From Takakia lepidozioides (Eukaryota; Plantae; Bryophyta), in assembly GCA_030704615.1 (NCBI GenBank), contig CM060734.1, positions 30,194,001-30,258,000 on the forward strand: DNA of 64,000 bases, in the 5' to 3' direction. The notes below the pieces were generated by a model. The model was not told the origin of the DNA, ran no database searches, and saw only the letters and a program-made list of their open reading frames with translations. Positions within the stretch are counted from its first letter, which is position 1, and every line of letters starts with the position of its first letter. Made by a program: the position numbers and the translations under genes. Below are positions 63,601-64,000 of the stretch, one piece after another.

Positions 63601-64000
63601 CAAGCCTGGCAGCCCTGGAAAGGGCAAAGAGGTGCATGGTGACATCATCAAAGCTGGAATTGTACCAAATGTCATCCTGAACACTGCCCTGGTGGACATG
63701 TATGCCAAATGTGGGAGCATGGAGGATGCGAAGGGAGTGTTCAACAATATGGCTGAACGAGATGTGGTGTCGTGGAACGCGATGCTTGCAGGGTATGCAC
63801 AGCAGGGGCGCGGGATGCAGGCTTTGGAGACCTATGAGCAAATGATGGGTGAAGGGGTGAAGCCCGACCACATCACGTTTGTGTGCGTTTGCAATGCTTG
63901 TGCAAGCCTGGCAGCCCTGGAAAAGGGCAAAGAGGTGCATGGTGACATCATCAAAGCTGGAATTGTACCAAATGTCATCCTGAACACTGCCCTGGTGGAC
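60690..64000 (+). CDS. PLS-class PPR protein (probable organellar RNA-editing factor) with three N-terminal OSB-type PDF motifs; 3' end outside the window; apparent frameshifts
   Basis: Exons encode WHEFFTDPSRWWDNRNRK|TNPTLPDYRHK, LWNEHFSYPSQWWDNGDKK|IHPRGPDFKHK...LW and LWNEYFSDPSQWWDNRGKK|IHPRGPDFKHR...LW. The last exon (62067 on) continues into L-S-P triplets of 101 aa. 1-nt shifts at ~60975 and ~63620; start codon unresolved. Confidence 0.85.

Noticed and set aside
62466-63940. Long minus-strand ORFs over the PPR gene
   Set aside because: Antisense shadows of the repetitive PPR coding sequence.

Overview
Eukaryotic nuclear DNA from a non-angiosperm land plant (spliceosomal introns, a captured flavodiiron exon, a Replitron, a PLS-class PPR gene). 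Host genes: the 3' part of a DUF676 lipase/esterase (+, with a U12-type intron), a COBRA-like gene (-), a plastid-type MATE/DTX transporter (+) with two apparently mutually exclusive versions of one exon, and a PLS-PPR gene (+, runs off the window) carrying N-terminal OSB-type PDF ssDNA-binding motifs. About 23-57 kb is a nest of transposon remnants: Replitron, Dualen/RandI-like, piggyBac, L1-like, pogo-like, MITE and SINE-like. It also holds an intronless secreted 3D-domain gene resembling Mucoromycota/bacterial proteins (candidate horizontal transfer). The top candidate for an undescribed system is an 11.3-kb Mutator-like element (40802-52132, TSD cctccttc) inserted in an L1 ORF2. It encodes a GCM-DDE-SWIM transposase and, divergently, a spliced accessory gene joining a ParB-like domain to a beta-class amino-methyltransferase-like domain. 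Two introns of that gene contain about 15 copies of a 22-bp palindrome (AACCTTGCGTYRACGCAAGGTT), suggestive of a ParB/parS-like or VANC-like self-targeting chromatin system. A 5-kb Pack-type element with long TIRs carries captured ITPK and FLV exons. All family assignments come from motif recognition by eye; no searches were run.
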